A stretch of DNA of 64,000 bases from Thainema sp. (GCA_052168235.1 JBQLZK010000009.1:1-64000); one strand, 5' to 3'. Positions 10,489 through 20,607 are shown, counted from the stretch's first letter. The notes: generated from the sequence alone by a model not told the origin. Numbers and translations: made by a program.

Positions 10489-11913
10489 CTACATTACTGG
10501 TGATTGTGTATAAGGTAAGTGAATTATGAAGATGCTGCCCTGACCGACGGTGCTCTGGACGGTGATGTGGCCTTGGTGTCGGTGTGAGATCGCTTGGGCA
10601 ATGGCCAGTCCTAATCCGGTGCCGCCTGTTTTGCGAGAGCGATCGCTATCGACACGGTAAAAGCGGTCAAAGATGCGGGGCTGTTCGGCTGGGGGAATGC
10701 CAATCCCCGTATCTTTAATCGTGATGGTCGCCGTGCGCGGTCGGTGAGGTTTGGGATAGGTTGTGAAGCCCTCATGCGCCGCTAACGTGATTTGAACTGA
10801 GCCGCCTGCTGGGGTGTAGTGGATGGCATTGGCAATTAAGTTCGAGACGAGGCGATAGAGCTGCGATTCATGACCAAGAACGTACAGTTCGGTGTTTGGA
10901 ATCTGGCTAGTCAGATGGATGTCTGAAATGGTTGCTAGCTCCAGCAGTTCCTCAGTCAGGTCGGCAATTAAATCATTGAGGCAGCAGGGTTGAGCGGACT
11001 TGAGCGACGGATCTTGCTCCAGGCTGGTCAGGAAGAGCAGATCGGTGACTAGCTGGCTCAAGCGGCGACCCTGGCGCTCGACGGTGTGCAGCATGGGCGG
11101 GATGTCCTGCTGGAGGTGAGTGGGCAATCGGAGGATGGCTTCGACGGTTGCCAGCAGACTGGCCAGCGGAGAGCGCAGTTCATGAGCGGCATTGGCGGTG
11201 AACTGCTGCTGCTGCTGATAGGACTGATAGATGGGCTGCATGGCAATGCCGGAGAGCCACCAGCCGGAAGCGGCAACAAGCGCTAAGGCCAGCGGCAAGC
11301 CCAGTGACAAGATCCACTGCAACCGCCGGGTTTCGGCATCCAGGGGAGCGAGGGTGCGCCCAATTTGCAGATACCCCCAGGAGGGATGACTGTGGCCATC
11401 GCTGGCTGGAGGATGAGTATCGGCGCTGTGCAGAATGGTGGTGAACTGGTGATAGCGGGTGCCCTCCGTAGACTGAAAAGTTTGCCACTCGGCGGGATTG
11501 AGCGTATTCGCTAGCGGCAATGGCTGATCGGGGGAAAAGGCCAGCAGATTGCCGTGATGGTCAAAGAGGCGGATGTAATAGATGGTGCGATCGCTAATTC
11601 CGGTGGTGTGACGTTGAATCAGAGTTGGCGTTGGATCGCAGGGCTGATCGGCTACGCAGAGGTCGGGAAACACCTGTTGCAGGACAGCGGTTGGATCGCC
11701 GGATGCAGGCAGCATGGGTTCTAGGCTATCGTGCAGGGTTCCGGCAATGGATTCCACTTCTCGCTCTAGGGCGACCCAGTTGGCTTGCACAAAGGCGCGA
11801 TACATGGCGAACCCAGACAGGCTGAGGATTCCGCCCATTGCCAGCGTAAACCAGCAGGCCAATCGAATTCGGCTGCGGTGAAATAGTTTCTGGCTGCTGA
11901 GCGGGTTGATCAT
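10489..11913 (-). CDS. rppB: Sensor histidine kinase, RppB/NrsS-like
   Basis: Two TM segments, H-box FTANAAHELRSPL, NLIANAIHYT, DTGIGI and GGTGLGL. Confidence 0.85.
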   Translation of the reverse strand: MINPLSSQKLFHRSRIRLACWFTLAMGGILSLSGFAMYRAFVQANWVALEREVESIAGTLHDSLEPMLPASGDPTAVLQQVFPDLCVADQPCDPTPTLIQRHTTGISDRTIYYIRLFDHHGNLLAFSPDQPLPLANTLNPAEWQTFQSTEGTRYHQFTTILHSADTHPPASDGHSHPSWGYLQIGRTLAPLDAETRRLQWILSLGLPLALALVAASGWWLSGIAMQPIYQSYQQQQQFTANAAHELRSPLASLLATVEAILRLPTHLQQDIPPMLHTVERQGRRLSQLVTDLLFLTSLEQDPSLKSAQPCCLNDLIADLTEELLELATISDIHLTSQIPNTELYVLGHESQLYRLVSNLIANAIHYTPAGGSVQITLAAHEGFTTYPKPHRPRTATITIKDTGIGIPPAEQPRIFDRFYRVDSDRSRKTGGTGLGLAIAQAISHRHQGHITVQSTVGQGSIFIIHLPYTQSPVM

Positions 11914-11942
11914 GGTGGTTGATCAGGGTTAATCAGGGGCAA

Positions 11943-12635
11943 TTACAGTGACGGAAATCGATAGCCCTGCCCCGGCACCGTTTCGATGGGGCAGTTGCAG
12001 TTATAGCGGGCAAACTTGCGGCGCAGGAGGCGAATTTGAGCGGCGACAACGTTGCTAACGGGTTCTTCGTCGATGTCCCAAAGCTGAGACCGTAGCTTAC
12101 TGCCGGGGATAATGCGATCGCAATTTTGCATCAGATAGGCCAAAACCTGAAATTCCTTGAGCGTCAGCGGAATGGACTGCTGAGGCTGGTCGGGCTGCTG
12201 AACGTACAGCGTTGTGTTGGCATCATCCAGGGCAAACGGCCCCACGGTAATTATTTCAGGTCGCAACTGGGGTGAGCGGCGCTGGAGGGCCCGCAAACGC
12301 GCCAGCAGTTCTTCCATGATGAAGGGTTTCACTAAATAGTCATCGGCTCCGGCATCTAGACCCGCGACGCGATTTTCAGCTTGACCCAGCGCGGTCAGCA
12401 TTAGAACGGGGAGGGCATTATGTTGCGATCGCAATCGCTGGCACAGCTCTAGGCCAGAGAGTTCCGGCAGCAGCCAATCAAAGATGGCAACGGTGTAGTC
12501 GGCCCACTGGTTTTCCAGGCAGTACCAGGCTTGAGCGCCGTCCGTTACCCAGTCCACGACGTACTTTTCACTCACCAGAACTTGCTTGATTGCCAGTCCC
12601 AGGGCTTCTTCATCTTCGACTAAGAGCACTCGCAT
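11943..12635 (-). CDS. rppA: OmpR-family response regulator, RppA/NrsR-like
   Basis: Motifs MRVLLVEDE, FDWLLP, GLDAGADDYLVKPF and SNVVAAQIRLLRRK. Confidence 0.87.
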   Translation of the reverse strand: MRVLLVEDEEALGLAIKQVLVSEKYVVDWVTDGAQAWYCLENQWADYTVAIFDWLLPELSGLELCQRLRSQHNALPVLMLTALGQAENRVAGLDAGADDYLVKPFIMEELLARLRALQRRSPQLRPEIITVGPFALDDANTTLYVQQPDQPQQSIPLTLKEFQVLAYLMQNCDRIIPGSKLRSQLWDIDEEPVSNVVAAQIRLLRRKFARYNCNCPIETVPGQGYRFPSL

Positions 12636-12684
12636 CCCACTTGCGCGATCAACCACGAGGTTGATTCTACCGAAGTCGCTGCCG

Positions 12685-12701
12685 TTTCATCTGAATTTCA
12701 T
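12685..12701 (+). promoter_or_regulatory. TTTCAT-N5-TTTCAT direct repeat (CopR/NrsR-type box)
   Basis: TTTCATctgaaTTTCAT between the divergent regulator and efflux operons. Confidence 0.75.
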
Positions 12702-12765
12702 CTGTCCTGTGGCACCCTGTTGGGGATTTTGATGTGAAATCTATTGCGAATGTGAGGAGGATGAG

Positions 12766-13500
12766 ATGAAACCCCTACCGTTAATCAGTTCACTGCTCGC
12801 GCTCAGTTTGTCCATCGGCACGCCTGCGACCTTGGCCCACGTCGGTCACGGAGACGAGTTTCAGGCCACTGGCGGGGTAAACCGGGTCGAAGTCAACATG
12901 GAAACCGATTCCCTCCTGGGTATTCAAGTCTCACCCATTGAGTTTGCCGTTGATGGCAGCAACGCCGTTTTGATTCCAGTGACAGCGCTGGTTGATGACA
13001 ATGGCCGTCAGCTCGTGTTTGTGCAGTACGAGGGCTACTACGAACCAGTCGATGTCGTCACAGGCGCAACGCAAGGCGATCTCATTGAAGTGGTTGAAGG
13101 ACTATCGGTTGGCGAAAATCTCGTTACCCAGGGCAGTTTGTCCCTCTATGCCGAGTCGCGGAAAACTCAAACCGCTGAAGCCGCTCCGGACGCAGCAGAG
13201 AATGCAGAAAGCGCCGAGAGTGCAGCCGCGCCGATCACCGATGAAGCCCATGCTCAAGCAGATGCAGAAGGCATTCCCCACAGTCACGATGCTGAGGGCA
13301 ATTTTGTCCAGACTGAAGACACCGCCAACTCAGATCTGGCTCAGCAGCCAACCGAAACGGCTGAGTCATCCGCTGCTGGTTTCCCGATGGGCAAAGTTGC
13401 GATCGCAGGTGGTGGCATCCTGGCAATCTTTGCCGTTCTGGTGATGATGACGGGTCGGAAGAAGCACAGCACCTTCTCCAACAAGCGGGGGGGACTCTAA
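12766..13500 (+). CDS. Short RND adaptor-related protein (NrsB-like, His-rich)
   Basis: Signal peptide, HVGHGDEF, then only the C-terminal adaptor segment (IPVTALVD...YEPVDV.TG...EGL..GE.LVTQG), HSHD and a C-terminal TM. Confidence 0.7.
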   Translation: MKPLPLISSLLALSLSIGTPATLAHVGHGDEFQATGGVNRVEVNMETDSLLGIQVSPIEFAVDGSNAVLIPVTALVDDNGRQLVFVQYEGYYEPVDVVTGATQGDLIEVVEGLSVGENLVTQGSLSLYAESRKTQTAEAAPDAAENAESAESAAAPITDEAHAQADAEGIPHSHDAEGNFVQTEDTANSDLAQQPTETAESSAAGFPMGKVAIAGGGILAIFAVLVMMTGRKKHSTFSNKRGGL

Positions 13501-13506
13501 TCAGCG

Positions 13507-16500
13507 ATGCTGAACTCACTGCTCAATCAGATTCTCAAAACGTCCATTGCCCAGCGGTGGTTTATCGTGGCTGCCGCCGTTGTCGTCACGATTTGGGGTG
13601 TTTTCAGCGTTACCCAAATGCCGCTGGATGTGTTTCCGCCCTTCGCACCGCCCCAGGTGGATATCCAAACCGAAGCCGTTGGCCTCGCGCCGGAAGAAGT
13701 CGAAACTCAAATCACCGTGCCGATTGAGAGTGCGGTAAATGGTTTACCCGGTGTCACCACCGTGCGCTCATCCTCCAAGGTGGGGCTGTCGATGGTGCAG
13801 GTGGTGTTTGACCAGAACGCGGATATCTATCAGGCGCGGCAGTCCGTAACCGAACGGCTGCAACAGGTCACCAGTCAGCTACCGGAAAGCGCTCATCCCC
13901 CGGAAATCTCGCCGCTGGTGTCTCCCTTGGGCACCATTTTGCAATATGCCTTTACGGTTGATGGCCAGGGGCAAACCTCCCTAATGGATTTGCGTCGCTT
14001 AGTCGAAGCCACGCTCAAAAATCAGCTCCTCTCCGTGCAGGGAGTCTCACAAGTCACCATCTACGGTGGAGACGAACGCCAGGAGAAGGTGCTGGTTGAC
14101 CCCGAAAAACTGCGATCGCAGGGTGTGTCGATCAACGAAGTGGTAGAGGCCGCTAGGGGAGCGAACTCCAGTGCGCCAGGTGGCTTTCTGATCGGTGGCG
14201 GCCAGGAGTTGCTGATCCGGGGCATGGGGCAGGTGGACTCGATCGATGATTTGCGGCAGTCGGTGGTGAAAGCGGAATTCGGAGAGACAATTCTGCTAGA
14301 GGATGTGGCCGAGGTGCAAACTGGCTCGGCTTTGAAGCGCGGTGATGCTAGCCTGAACGGTCAGCCAGCGGTGGTGCTGATGATCAACAAGCAGCCGGAG
14401 GTGGATACGCCCACCGTCACCCAAGCAGTCGAAGACGTGATGGCCTCCTTGCAGCCAACCTTCCCGGCAGATGTGCAGGTGACGCGCACTTTCCGCCAGT
14501 CCAACTTCATTGACTCCGCCATTCGCAACGTCAGCGGCTCCCTGATTCAGGGCATCATCATCGTGTCGGTGATCATGCTGCTGTTTTTGATGAACTGGCG
14601 CACGGCAGTGATTACGCTCAGCGCCATTCCCCTGTCACTGCTGGTAGGGCTGATGCTGATGAAAGCCTTTGGTCTGGGCATCAACACCATGACGCTGGGC
14701 GGTCTCGTGGTGGCAATTGGTTCGGTGGTCGATGATGCGATCGTCGATATGGAAAACTGCTATCGCGGCCTCCGCACCAACCAGGCGCAGGGCAGTCCTA
14801 AGCATCCGTTCCAAGTGGTGTATGACACCTCAATACAGGTGCGACTAGCCGTGATTTTCTCGACGGTGATTATTGTCGTTGTGTTTGCCCCCATTTTCAG
14901 TTTGACGGGGGTAGAAGGACGCATTTTTGCGCCGATGGGACTGGCCTACCTATTCTCGATTGTGGCTTCAACACTGGTGGCGATGACGCTTTCGCCTGCC
15001 CTCTGCGCCATTTTGCTAGCCAATCAAACGCTACCCCAGGAAGGGACATTCATCTCGCGACTGGCGGAACGGCTGTATCGCCCACTGCTCAATCTGTCGC
15101 TGCGTGCGCCCCAGGTTATCTTGGCGCTGGCGCTGGCGATCTTAGTGGCAGCGGTAGCCGTGGTGCCATCTCTGGGGCGGGTCTTTTTGCCAGAGTTCCA
15201 AGAAAAATCTCTGGTCAATTCGATGGTGCTGTTCCCCGGTGTGTCGCTGGATATTACCAATGGGGCAGGCAGGGCGCTGTCGAATTCGCTCCAAGATAAT
15301 CCCCTTTATGAGTGGGTGCAGGTGCGAGCCGGACGCGCCCCCGGTGATGCCGATGGCGCTGGGGTCAACATGGCTCACGTTGATATTGAACTTAGCGACT
15401 TGGCGCTTAAAGATCGGGAAGCCAGTATTCAAGAGCTGCGGGAAGCCTTTCTGCAACTGCCCGGTGTCGCGCCCAATATTGGCGGCTTCATCTCTCACCG
15501 CATGGATGAAGTGCTGTCTGGGGTGCGAAGTGCGATCGCAATTAAAATCTTTGGCCCCGACCTAGCGGAACTGCGGCGTATCGGCGAACAGGTGCGCGAT
15601 GTAATTGAACCCATTGCAGGCGTTGTAGACCTACAGCTTGAGCCACAGTTGCCCATTCGCCAGGTGCAGATTCAGTATAATCGGGCTGCCGCTGCCGAAT
15701 ACGGGCTAACGATGGCGCAACTCTCAGACGTGGTGGAAACCGCGCTCAATGGTCAAGTCGTCTCTCAGATTGCGGAAGATCAGCAGCTGATCGACATTTT
15801 TGTCAGCTTACCGGAATCGGAGCGGAGTAACTTGGATGCCATCCGCGCGATTCCCATCTCGCTGCCATCAGGAGCCATGATTACCCTCGATACCGTCGCT
15901 GATATCGACTACGGCATGGGCGCAAACGTGGTCAACCGAGAAGATGTGTCGCGTCTAATCGTCGTTTCTGCCAACGTTGCCGAGCGCGATTTAGGTAGCG
16001 TCGTCGGCGATATTCAAGCCCAGATCCGCGATAACGTGCAGTTGCCCAGTGGCTATTTCATTCAGTACGGGGGCCAATTTGAATCGGAGCAACGGGCCAC
16101 CAACAGCCTACTTGTCTTCAGCATCCTGGCGGCCATCGTCATCGCTGTGCTGATGTTCTTCTCCGTCAAGTCGCTGCCTGCCACCATTGCCATCATGCTC
16201 AACCTGCCCTTAGCACTGGTGGGCGGTATTGTCTCCATTGTGCTGACCGGAGGCGTGATGTCAGTGGCCTCGCTAATTGGCTTTATTACCCTATTCGGCG
16301 TAGCCGTTCGCAACGGTTTGCTGCTGGTGGACAACTACAACAACAAGTTTGCTCAGGGAATGCCACTGAAGGAGGTAATCGTCACAGGTTCACTGGAACG
16401 AGTCAACGCCATCCTGATGACGGCGCTTACATCGGCGTTGGGCATGTTACCTCTAGCCATTGCCAGCGGAGCCGGAAATGAAATCCTGCAACCCCTCGCC

Positions 16501-16677
16501 ATTGTGGTGCTAGGCGGTCTGTTTACCTCAACCGCGCTAACCCTGCTGGTGATTCCAGCTCTCTATGCCAAGTTTGGCCGCTGGTTTATGCCCAAACCTA
16601 AACCTGTCGATCTAGAGGCTGCGTTTTTGAGCAATGGTGCTTCGAGTAGCCCGTCTGAAACCTCGGTTAGCCCATAG
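13507..16677 (+). CDS. CusA/CzcA-family heavy-metal RND efflux permease (NrsA-like)
   Basis: 1056 aa with motifs DVFPPFAPPQV, GSVVDDAIVDMEN, FLPEFQE and ILMTALT. Confidence 0.93.
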   Translation: MLNSLLNQILKTSIAQRWFIVAAAVVVTIWGVFSVTQMPLDVFPPFAPPQVDIQTEAVGLAPEEVETQITVPIESAVNGLPGVTTVRSSSKVGLSMVQVVFDQNADIYQARQSVTERLQQVTSQLPESAHPPEISPLVSPLGTILQYAFTVDGQGQTSLMDLRRLVEATLKNQLLSVQGVSQVTIYGGDERQEKVLVDPEKLRSQGVSINEVVEAARGANSSAPGGFLIGGGQELLIRGMGQVDSIDDLRQSVVKAEFGETILLEDVAEVQTGSALKRGDASLNGQPAVVLMINKQPEVDTPTVTQAVEDVMASLQPTFPADVQVTRTFRQSNFIDSAIRNVSGSLIQGIIIVSVIMLLFLMNWRTAVITLSAIPLSLLVGLMLMKAFGLGINTMTLGGLVVAIGSVVDDAIVDMENCYRGLRTNQAQGSPKHPFQVVYDTSIQVRLAVIFSTVIIVVVFAPIFSLTGVEGRIFAPMGLAYLFSIVASTLVAMTLSPALCAILLANQTLPQEGTFISRLAERLYRPLLNLSLRAPQVILALALAILVAAVAVVPSLGRVFLPEFQEKSLVNSMVLFPGVSLDITNGAGRALSNSLQDNPLYEWVQVRAGRAPGDADGAGVNMAHVDIELSDLALKDREASIQELREAFLQLPGVAPNIGGFISHRMDEVLSGVRSAIAIKIFGPDLAELRRIGEQVRDVIEPIAGVVDLQLEPQLPIRQVQIQYNRAAAAEYGLTMAQLSDVVETALNGQVVSQIAEDQQLIDIFVSLPESERSNLDAIRAIPISLPSGAMITLDTVADIDYGMGANVVNREDVSRLIVVSANVAERDLGSVVGDIQAQIRDNVQLPSGYFIQYGGQFESEQRATNSLLVFSILAAIVIAVLMFFSVKSLPATIAIMLNLPLALVGGIVSIVLTGGVMSVASLIGFITLFGVAVRNGLLLVDNYNNKFAQGMPLKEVIVTGSLERVNAILMTALTSALGMLPLAIASGAGNEILQPLAIVVLGGLFTSTALTLLVIPALYAKFGRWFMPKPKPVDLEAAFLSNGASSSPSETSVSP

Positions 16678-16715
16678 CGACCCAGGGGCTGCTTCTTCAA
16701 GAGCTGATAGAGTTG

Positions 16716-16755
16716 AATCCTGATAGAAACAGATGCATCTGTTTCTATCAGGATT
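16716..16755. repeat. 40-bp perfect palindrome
   Basis: AATCCTGATAGAAACAGATG|CATCTGTTTCTATCAGGATT, with no spacer. Confidence 0.9.
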
Positions 16756-16784
16756 TTTGGGATCACATAGGCTAGCTGAAAAGC

Positions 16785-17120
16785 ATGAAACTATCTCGCA
16801 ATGCAGTGATTACGGAAGCTAAGCTCACAAAGTATCTGCTGGTCTGGCGAGATGCAGATGATAAGTCTAAGTTTCTTGAGCAAGCAGGATACACTTTAGG
16901 AAACTGGCAGCAACTGGAAGCTGATTTGAGGAGTCAAATCTTACCGCTGGAAGCAGTGCCGTCTGATGAGCCAAATCGATTCGGAGATGTTTACGAGATT
17001 CGGGGCATATTGCATGGGGTAAATGGCCGTGACTTAGCCGTGATCACGATTTGGATGATTGAATACGAAACGAAGGTGACGAAGTTTGTCACCCTATATC
17101 CAGACAAGGAGGCCAGGTAG
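16785..17120 (+). CDS. DUF6883-like small protein (putative toxin domain)
   Basis: Pattern AVI.EAKLTKYLL.....DKSKFL..AGY...G.NG....V.TIW....FVTLYP recognised by eye. Confidence 0.65.
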   Translation: MKLSRNAVITEAKLTKYLLVWRDADDKSKFLEQAGYTLGNWQQLEADLRSQILPLEAVPSDEPNRFGDVYEIRGILHGVNGRDLAVITIWMIEYETKVTKFVTLYPDKEAR

Positions 17121-17365
17121 TGGTGTTTGAGCTGTTTACAAGGGTAGCCTTACGAGAAGATTTTCCGAAACATCAGTTACATCAAGGTGATGTGGCGACC
17201 ATTGTGGAGCATCATCCGGTAACTGAGGGCGAAGATGGATATAGTCTGGAAGTGTTTAACGCAATTGGGGAAACGATTGCAGTGTTGGTGGTTTCTGAAT
17301 CACAGATTGAACCACTTATGAGCAATGAAGTATTACACATCCGCGTGTTGGATCAGGCAGTTTAG
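17120..17365 (+). CDS. DUF4926 family protein
   Basis: V.L.ED.P...L..GDVATIVE....GYSLEVFNA.GETIAV; 1-nt overlap with the upstream stop. Confidence 0.75.
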   Translation: MVFELFTRVALREDFPKHQLHQGDVATIVEHHPVTEGEDGYSLEVFNAIGETIAVLVVSESQIEPLMSNEVLHIRVLDQAV

Positions 17366-17500
17366 AAAAGTTTGCCTGAAATATGGCTAAAGATGCGATC
17401 GCAGTTTCTTAAAGAAGTGCGATCGCTTTTTTATACAAAATTTTTGTGTGCTGACTTCACCCACTTAAACACTTCCTTTTAATTGAGTAGCAGGTGGAAA

Positions 17501-18457
17501 CTAGTTGTGTAGCAATTCCATACAGGGTTCTCCATGACAAGAATTGACCTCAACTAGTACGTGGGAAAGGGAAGGAATATGGCTGAGTAGATTCTTGTAA
17601 TACTCTGGTGCTTGTGGGTAGTGGGTCACCAGGGAAACGGTTGCAGACAAGTGGTTTTGGCTCACATGCCAGACATGCAAATCGACTACACGATTATCAG
17701 CATCGTTTTCAATCGCGTTCACAATATCCAGCTTGATGTGCTTACTAATGCCGCCATCGAGCAAGATTGAACTGGTGTCACTCACCAAGTCATAAGCCCA
17801 TTTAGTAATCACTCCGGCACCGACTAACCCCATCGCGGCATCCAGCCAGATCCAACCTAGAAACTTCCCAGCAAACAAGGCAATGATAGCCAAAACCGAG
17901 GTCAGCGCATCCGCTAAAACGTGAACATATGCAGCTCGAAGATTGTGATCTGAATGATGATGGTGACCATGTTCCCCATGATGATGATCATGGCCGTGGT
18001 TATGATCGTCTTGGAGTAGCCAAGCGCTCACTAAATTTATAGCTAATCCAAGAATCGCAACTCCAATCGCTTCATTAAACTGAATGGCTTGGGGTTGGAA
18101 AAACCGCTCTACCGATTCAAACGCCATCACAAATGCAATGACTGCTAGAGCAACGGCGCTGGCGAACCCGCCAAGCACACTCACTTTGCCAGTGCCAAAG
18201 GTATACCTTGGATCAGCCGCATGTCGGCGGGCATAGCGATAAGCAAACACTGTGATACCAAATGCCGCGACGTGAGTTGCCATGTGCCAACCGTCTGCCA
18301 ACAGCGCCATCGAACCAAAAATGGTGCCTGCGACAATTTCGGCAACCATTGTGACTGCGGTTATGAGCATCACGACCTTGGTATTTCGCTCTGCTTGATT
18401 CTGATGAACTGAGAAGTCATGAGAATGGTGCCACTGATCAATCGTGTGAATATGCAT
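17501..18457 (-). CDS. dmeF: CDF-family Co(II)/Ni(II) efflux transporter DmeF
   Basis: Motifs SMALLADGWHMATH, FGTGK, a His-rich loop and HNLRAAYVHVLADALTS. Confidence 0.9.
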   Translation of the reverse strand: MHIHTIDQWHHSHDFSVHQNQAERNTKVVMLITAVTMVAEIVAGTIFGSMALLADGWHMATHVAAFGITVFAYRYARRHAADPRYTFGTGKVSVLGGFASAVALAVIAFVMAFESVERFFQPQAIQFNEAIGVAILGLAINLVSAWLLQDDHNHGHDHHHGEHGHHHHSDHNLRAAYVHVLADALTSVLAIIALFAGKFLGWIWLDAAMGLVGAGVITKWAYDLVSDTSSILLDGGISKHIKLDIVNAIENDADNRVVDLHVWHVSQNHLSATVSLVTHYPQAPEYYKNLLSHIPSLSHVLVEVNSCHGEPCMELLHN

Positions 18458-18522
18458 AAAGTTTTAAATCACTCAGTTGGACGCTTTACCAGTAAGTATT
18501 TCTAAATTGTATAGTCTTTCAG

Positions 18523-18542
18523 ATGCCCCCCCAGGGGGACAT
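18523..18542. promoter_or_regulatory. CsoR/RcnR (InrS)-type operator
   Basis: ATGCCCCCCCAGGGGGACAT, a C-tract/G-tract dyad between the divergent dmeF and nrsD-like genes. Confidence 0.65.
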
Positions 18543-18597
18543 ACAGTGAAGCTATATCAAACGTTTCAGCTATGTTCAAACATTCATATTTCAATGC

Positions 18598-19038
18598 ATG
18601 TTTTCAACACCATGACTCTTTCAGTGCTTTAGAAATCCCACCTTTGCCCGTCTTTACTCCACCCAAACCATCAATTTAGTTGATGATGCCCTCACGCACG
18701 TCACAGCCTACGTCATCCTGTCGCCTCTTGCTGGCACGACCTCAGATCGGATCGACCGCAAACAGATCATGGTTATCAGCCACTTGGCGCGCATGATCAT
18801 TGTCTGTTTTCTGCCGTTTGTCACACAGCCCTGGCAGATCTATGGAATTGTGCTGGCGCTGAATGTGTTTTCAGCCTTTTTCACTCCCACCTACACCGCC
18901 ACCATTCCCCTGGTCACTTCCGCAGCCGACTATCCAACTGCGATCGCAAACACCGCACAGAATCTAATGAGCCGTCCCGCGCGACATCTTGCCCAGCCCA
19001 TGCCGACTCGGAATTCAATTGCAGTACAAGTTCGTTAA
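18598..19038 (+). pseudogene. nrsD: NrsD/NreB-like MFS nickel exporter remnant
   Basis: Fragments NPTFARLYSTQTINLVDDALT, VTAYVILSPLAG..DRIDRKQIMV and FFTPTYTATIPLVT, with stops, frameshifts and deletions. Confidence 0.7.
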
Positions 19039-19048
19039 ACACTTCGCA

Positions 19049-19065
19049 TTTCATCCATATTTCAC
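19049..19065 (+). promoter_or_regulatory. TTTCAT-N5-TTTCAC box
   Basis: Upstream of the CopM-like DUF305 gene. Confidence 0.7.
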
Positions 19066-19171
19066 TTTTGGGCTGCACAGTAAAATTAGCGGTTATTTGA
19101 TTCAGTTAATGCTTAAACGATTACTGAAGGAATATCTGCCACCTTTTTTCTAATAAAGGATATTGTGCAAT

Positions 19172-19837
19172 ATGCGCCTGAGACGAACCTGGGTTTCGTG
19201 GGTGTTGGTGGGGAGTATGCTGTCTGCCACTGTAGGGCTGGCAGGATGTAGCACCTCACCTGAGATTTCTGAGCGTTCCGATTCTCAAACGACGCTGGCG
19301 GGGGATACCTCAACGGCAGATCACGTGATGATGATGATGGACTTGGGGCCTAAAGATGCTGAGTTTGATTTACGCTTCATTGACGGAATGATTTTGCACC
19401 ATCAAGGAGCAGTTGTCATGGCTGAAGCCGTCCTCGAACAGTCTCAACGGGAAGATATAAAGCAGTTAGCCCAAGCTGTGATTACGGCTCAGCAGGGCGA
19501 AATTGACCAGATGAAGCAGTGGCGACAAGCATGGTATCCCGATGCGAGTGCGGAACCTGTGATGTATCACGCCGAAATGGGCCACTCAATGGCGATGACG
19601 CCTGAAATGCAGGCTGCCATGATGATGGACGGTAACTTAGGCACAGCCGATGCTGAGTTTGATCTGCGGTTTATTAATGCCATGATTCCTCACCATGAGG
19701 GCGCGTTAGCGATGGCGGAGCAAGTTTTGGAAAAGAGCGATCGCACTGAACTTCGAGAGCTAGCCCAAAACATTCTGGCCACGCAGCAAACGGAAATTAA
19801 GCAGATGGAAGAGTGGCGACAAGACTGGTACGGTTAG
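19172..19837 (+). CDS. DUF305 copper-binding lipoprotein (CopM-like)
   Basis: Lipobox LAGC, two FDLRFI..MI.HH.GA repeats, Met-rich. Confidence 0.88.
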   Translation: MRLRRTWVSWVLVGSMLSATVGLAGCSTSPEISERSDSQTTLAGDTSTADHVMMMMDLGPKDAEFDLRFIDGMILHHQGAVVMAEAVLEQSQREDIKQLAQAVITAQQGEIDQMKQWRQAWYPDASAEPVMYHAEMGHSMAMTPEMQAAMMMDGNLGTADAEFDLRFINAMIPHHEGALAMAEQVLEKSDRTELRELAQNILATQQTEIKQMEEWRQDWYG

Positions 19838-19852
19838 TGATGTCAGTAGGAT

Positions 19853-19988
19853 CAGCAAAATGTGCGATCGCATATTCCAAGTGCGATCGCACATTTTGCT
19901 ATAGTCACGTCTTGTATCTTCAAACTCAAACCCGAAAAGAACTACTTGGTCGCCGCTTAGCGGCGACCAAGTAGTTCTTTTCGGGTTT
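19853..19988. repeat. Two hairpins between convergent genes (possible bidirectional terminators)
   Basis: HIP1-containing inverted repeat at ~19853-19900, and a 29-bp perfect stem with a TTA loop at 19928-19988. Confidence 0.8.
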
Positions 19989-20006
19989 TAATCGGACTCC
20001 GTATCA

Positions 20007-20516
20007 CTATGAATGGTCAGCAAAAGCAGCGGTTTCACCGGATTCAGTGAACGAGAAAACCGTATAAGGTTCAACATAATCACCAGATTCCATACCGGGT
20101 GAACCGATAGGCATACCGGGGACTGCAATACCAGCCACTTCAGGTTTTTCGACCAATAAGCGTTGTACATCTTCGGCTGGAACATGGCCTTCCACAACGT
20201 AGCCATCAACTACAGTGGTGTGGCAGGAGGCGAGATTGGCCGGAACTCCATACTGTTCCTTAATAGCCGTCATATCTTCTGTTACATTATCCTTGACAAT
20301 AAAACCAGCCGCTTGCATGTGCTCAATCCACTGACCACAGCAGCCGCAGGTGGGACTACGGAAAACAGTAATCTCAGTATCCATTGCAACTTGCTCCGCC
20401 GTATCCGCTACCGCTTCCACATTGGGAGTTTGGGCAATGGAGCAGCCGGTTAGGGCAACGGTGGTTGAAACCAATCCTACAGCGACTAATCTGGATGTAA
20501 ATAGACGACGATTCAT
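20007..20516 (-). CDS. DUF411 (CopG-like) metal-binding protein
   Basis: Motifs SPTCGCCGQW, SCHT, EGHVPA and VPGMPIGSPGME. Confidence 0.9.
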   Translation of the reverse strand: MNRRLFTSRLVAVGLVSTTVALTGCSIAQTPNVEAVADTAEQVAMDTEITVFRSPTCGCCGQWIEHMQAAGFIVKDNVTEDMTAIKEQYGVPANLASCHTTVVDGYVVEGHVPAEDVQRLLVEKPEVAGIAVPGMPIGSPGMESGDYVEPYTVFSFTESGETAAFADHS

Positions 20517-20590
20517 AGAGACCTCTGCATGGCAATGTCAAGCTAGCGTCTTACTCAAGCATAGTTTGCCCACTAGCCTGACGCACAATC

Positions 20591-20607
20591 ATGAAATCGA
20601 AATGAAA
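20591..20607 (-). promoter_or_regulatory. TTTCAT-N5-TTTCAT box
   Basis: ATGAAAtcgaaATGAAA on the + strand, upstream of the DUF411 gene. Confidence 0.72.
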
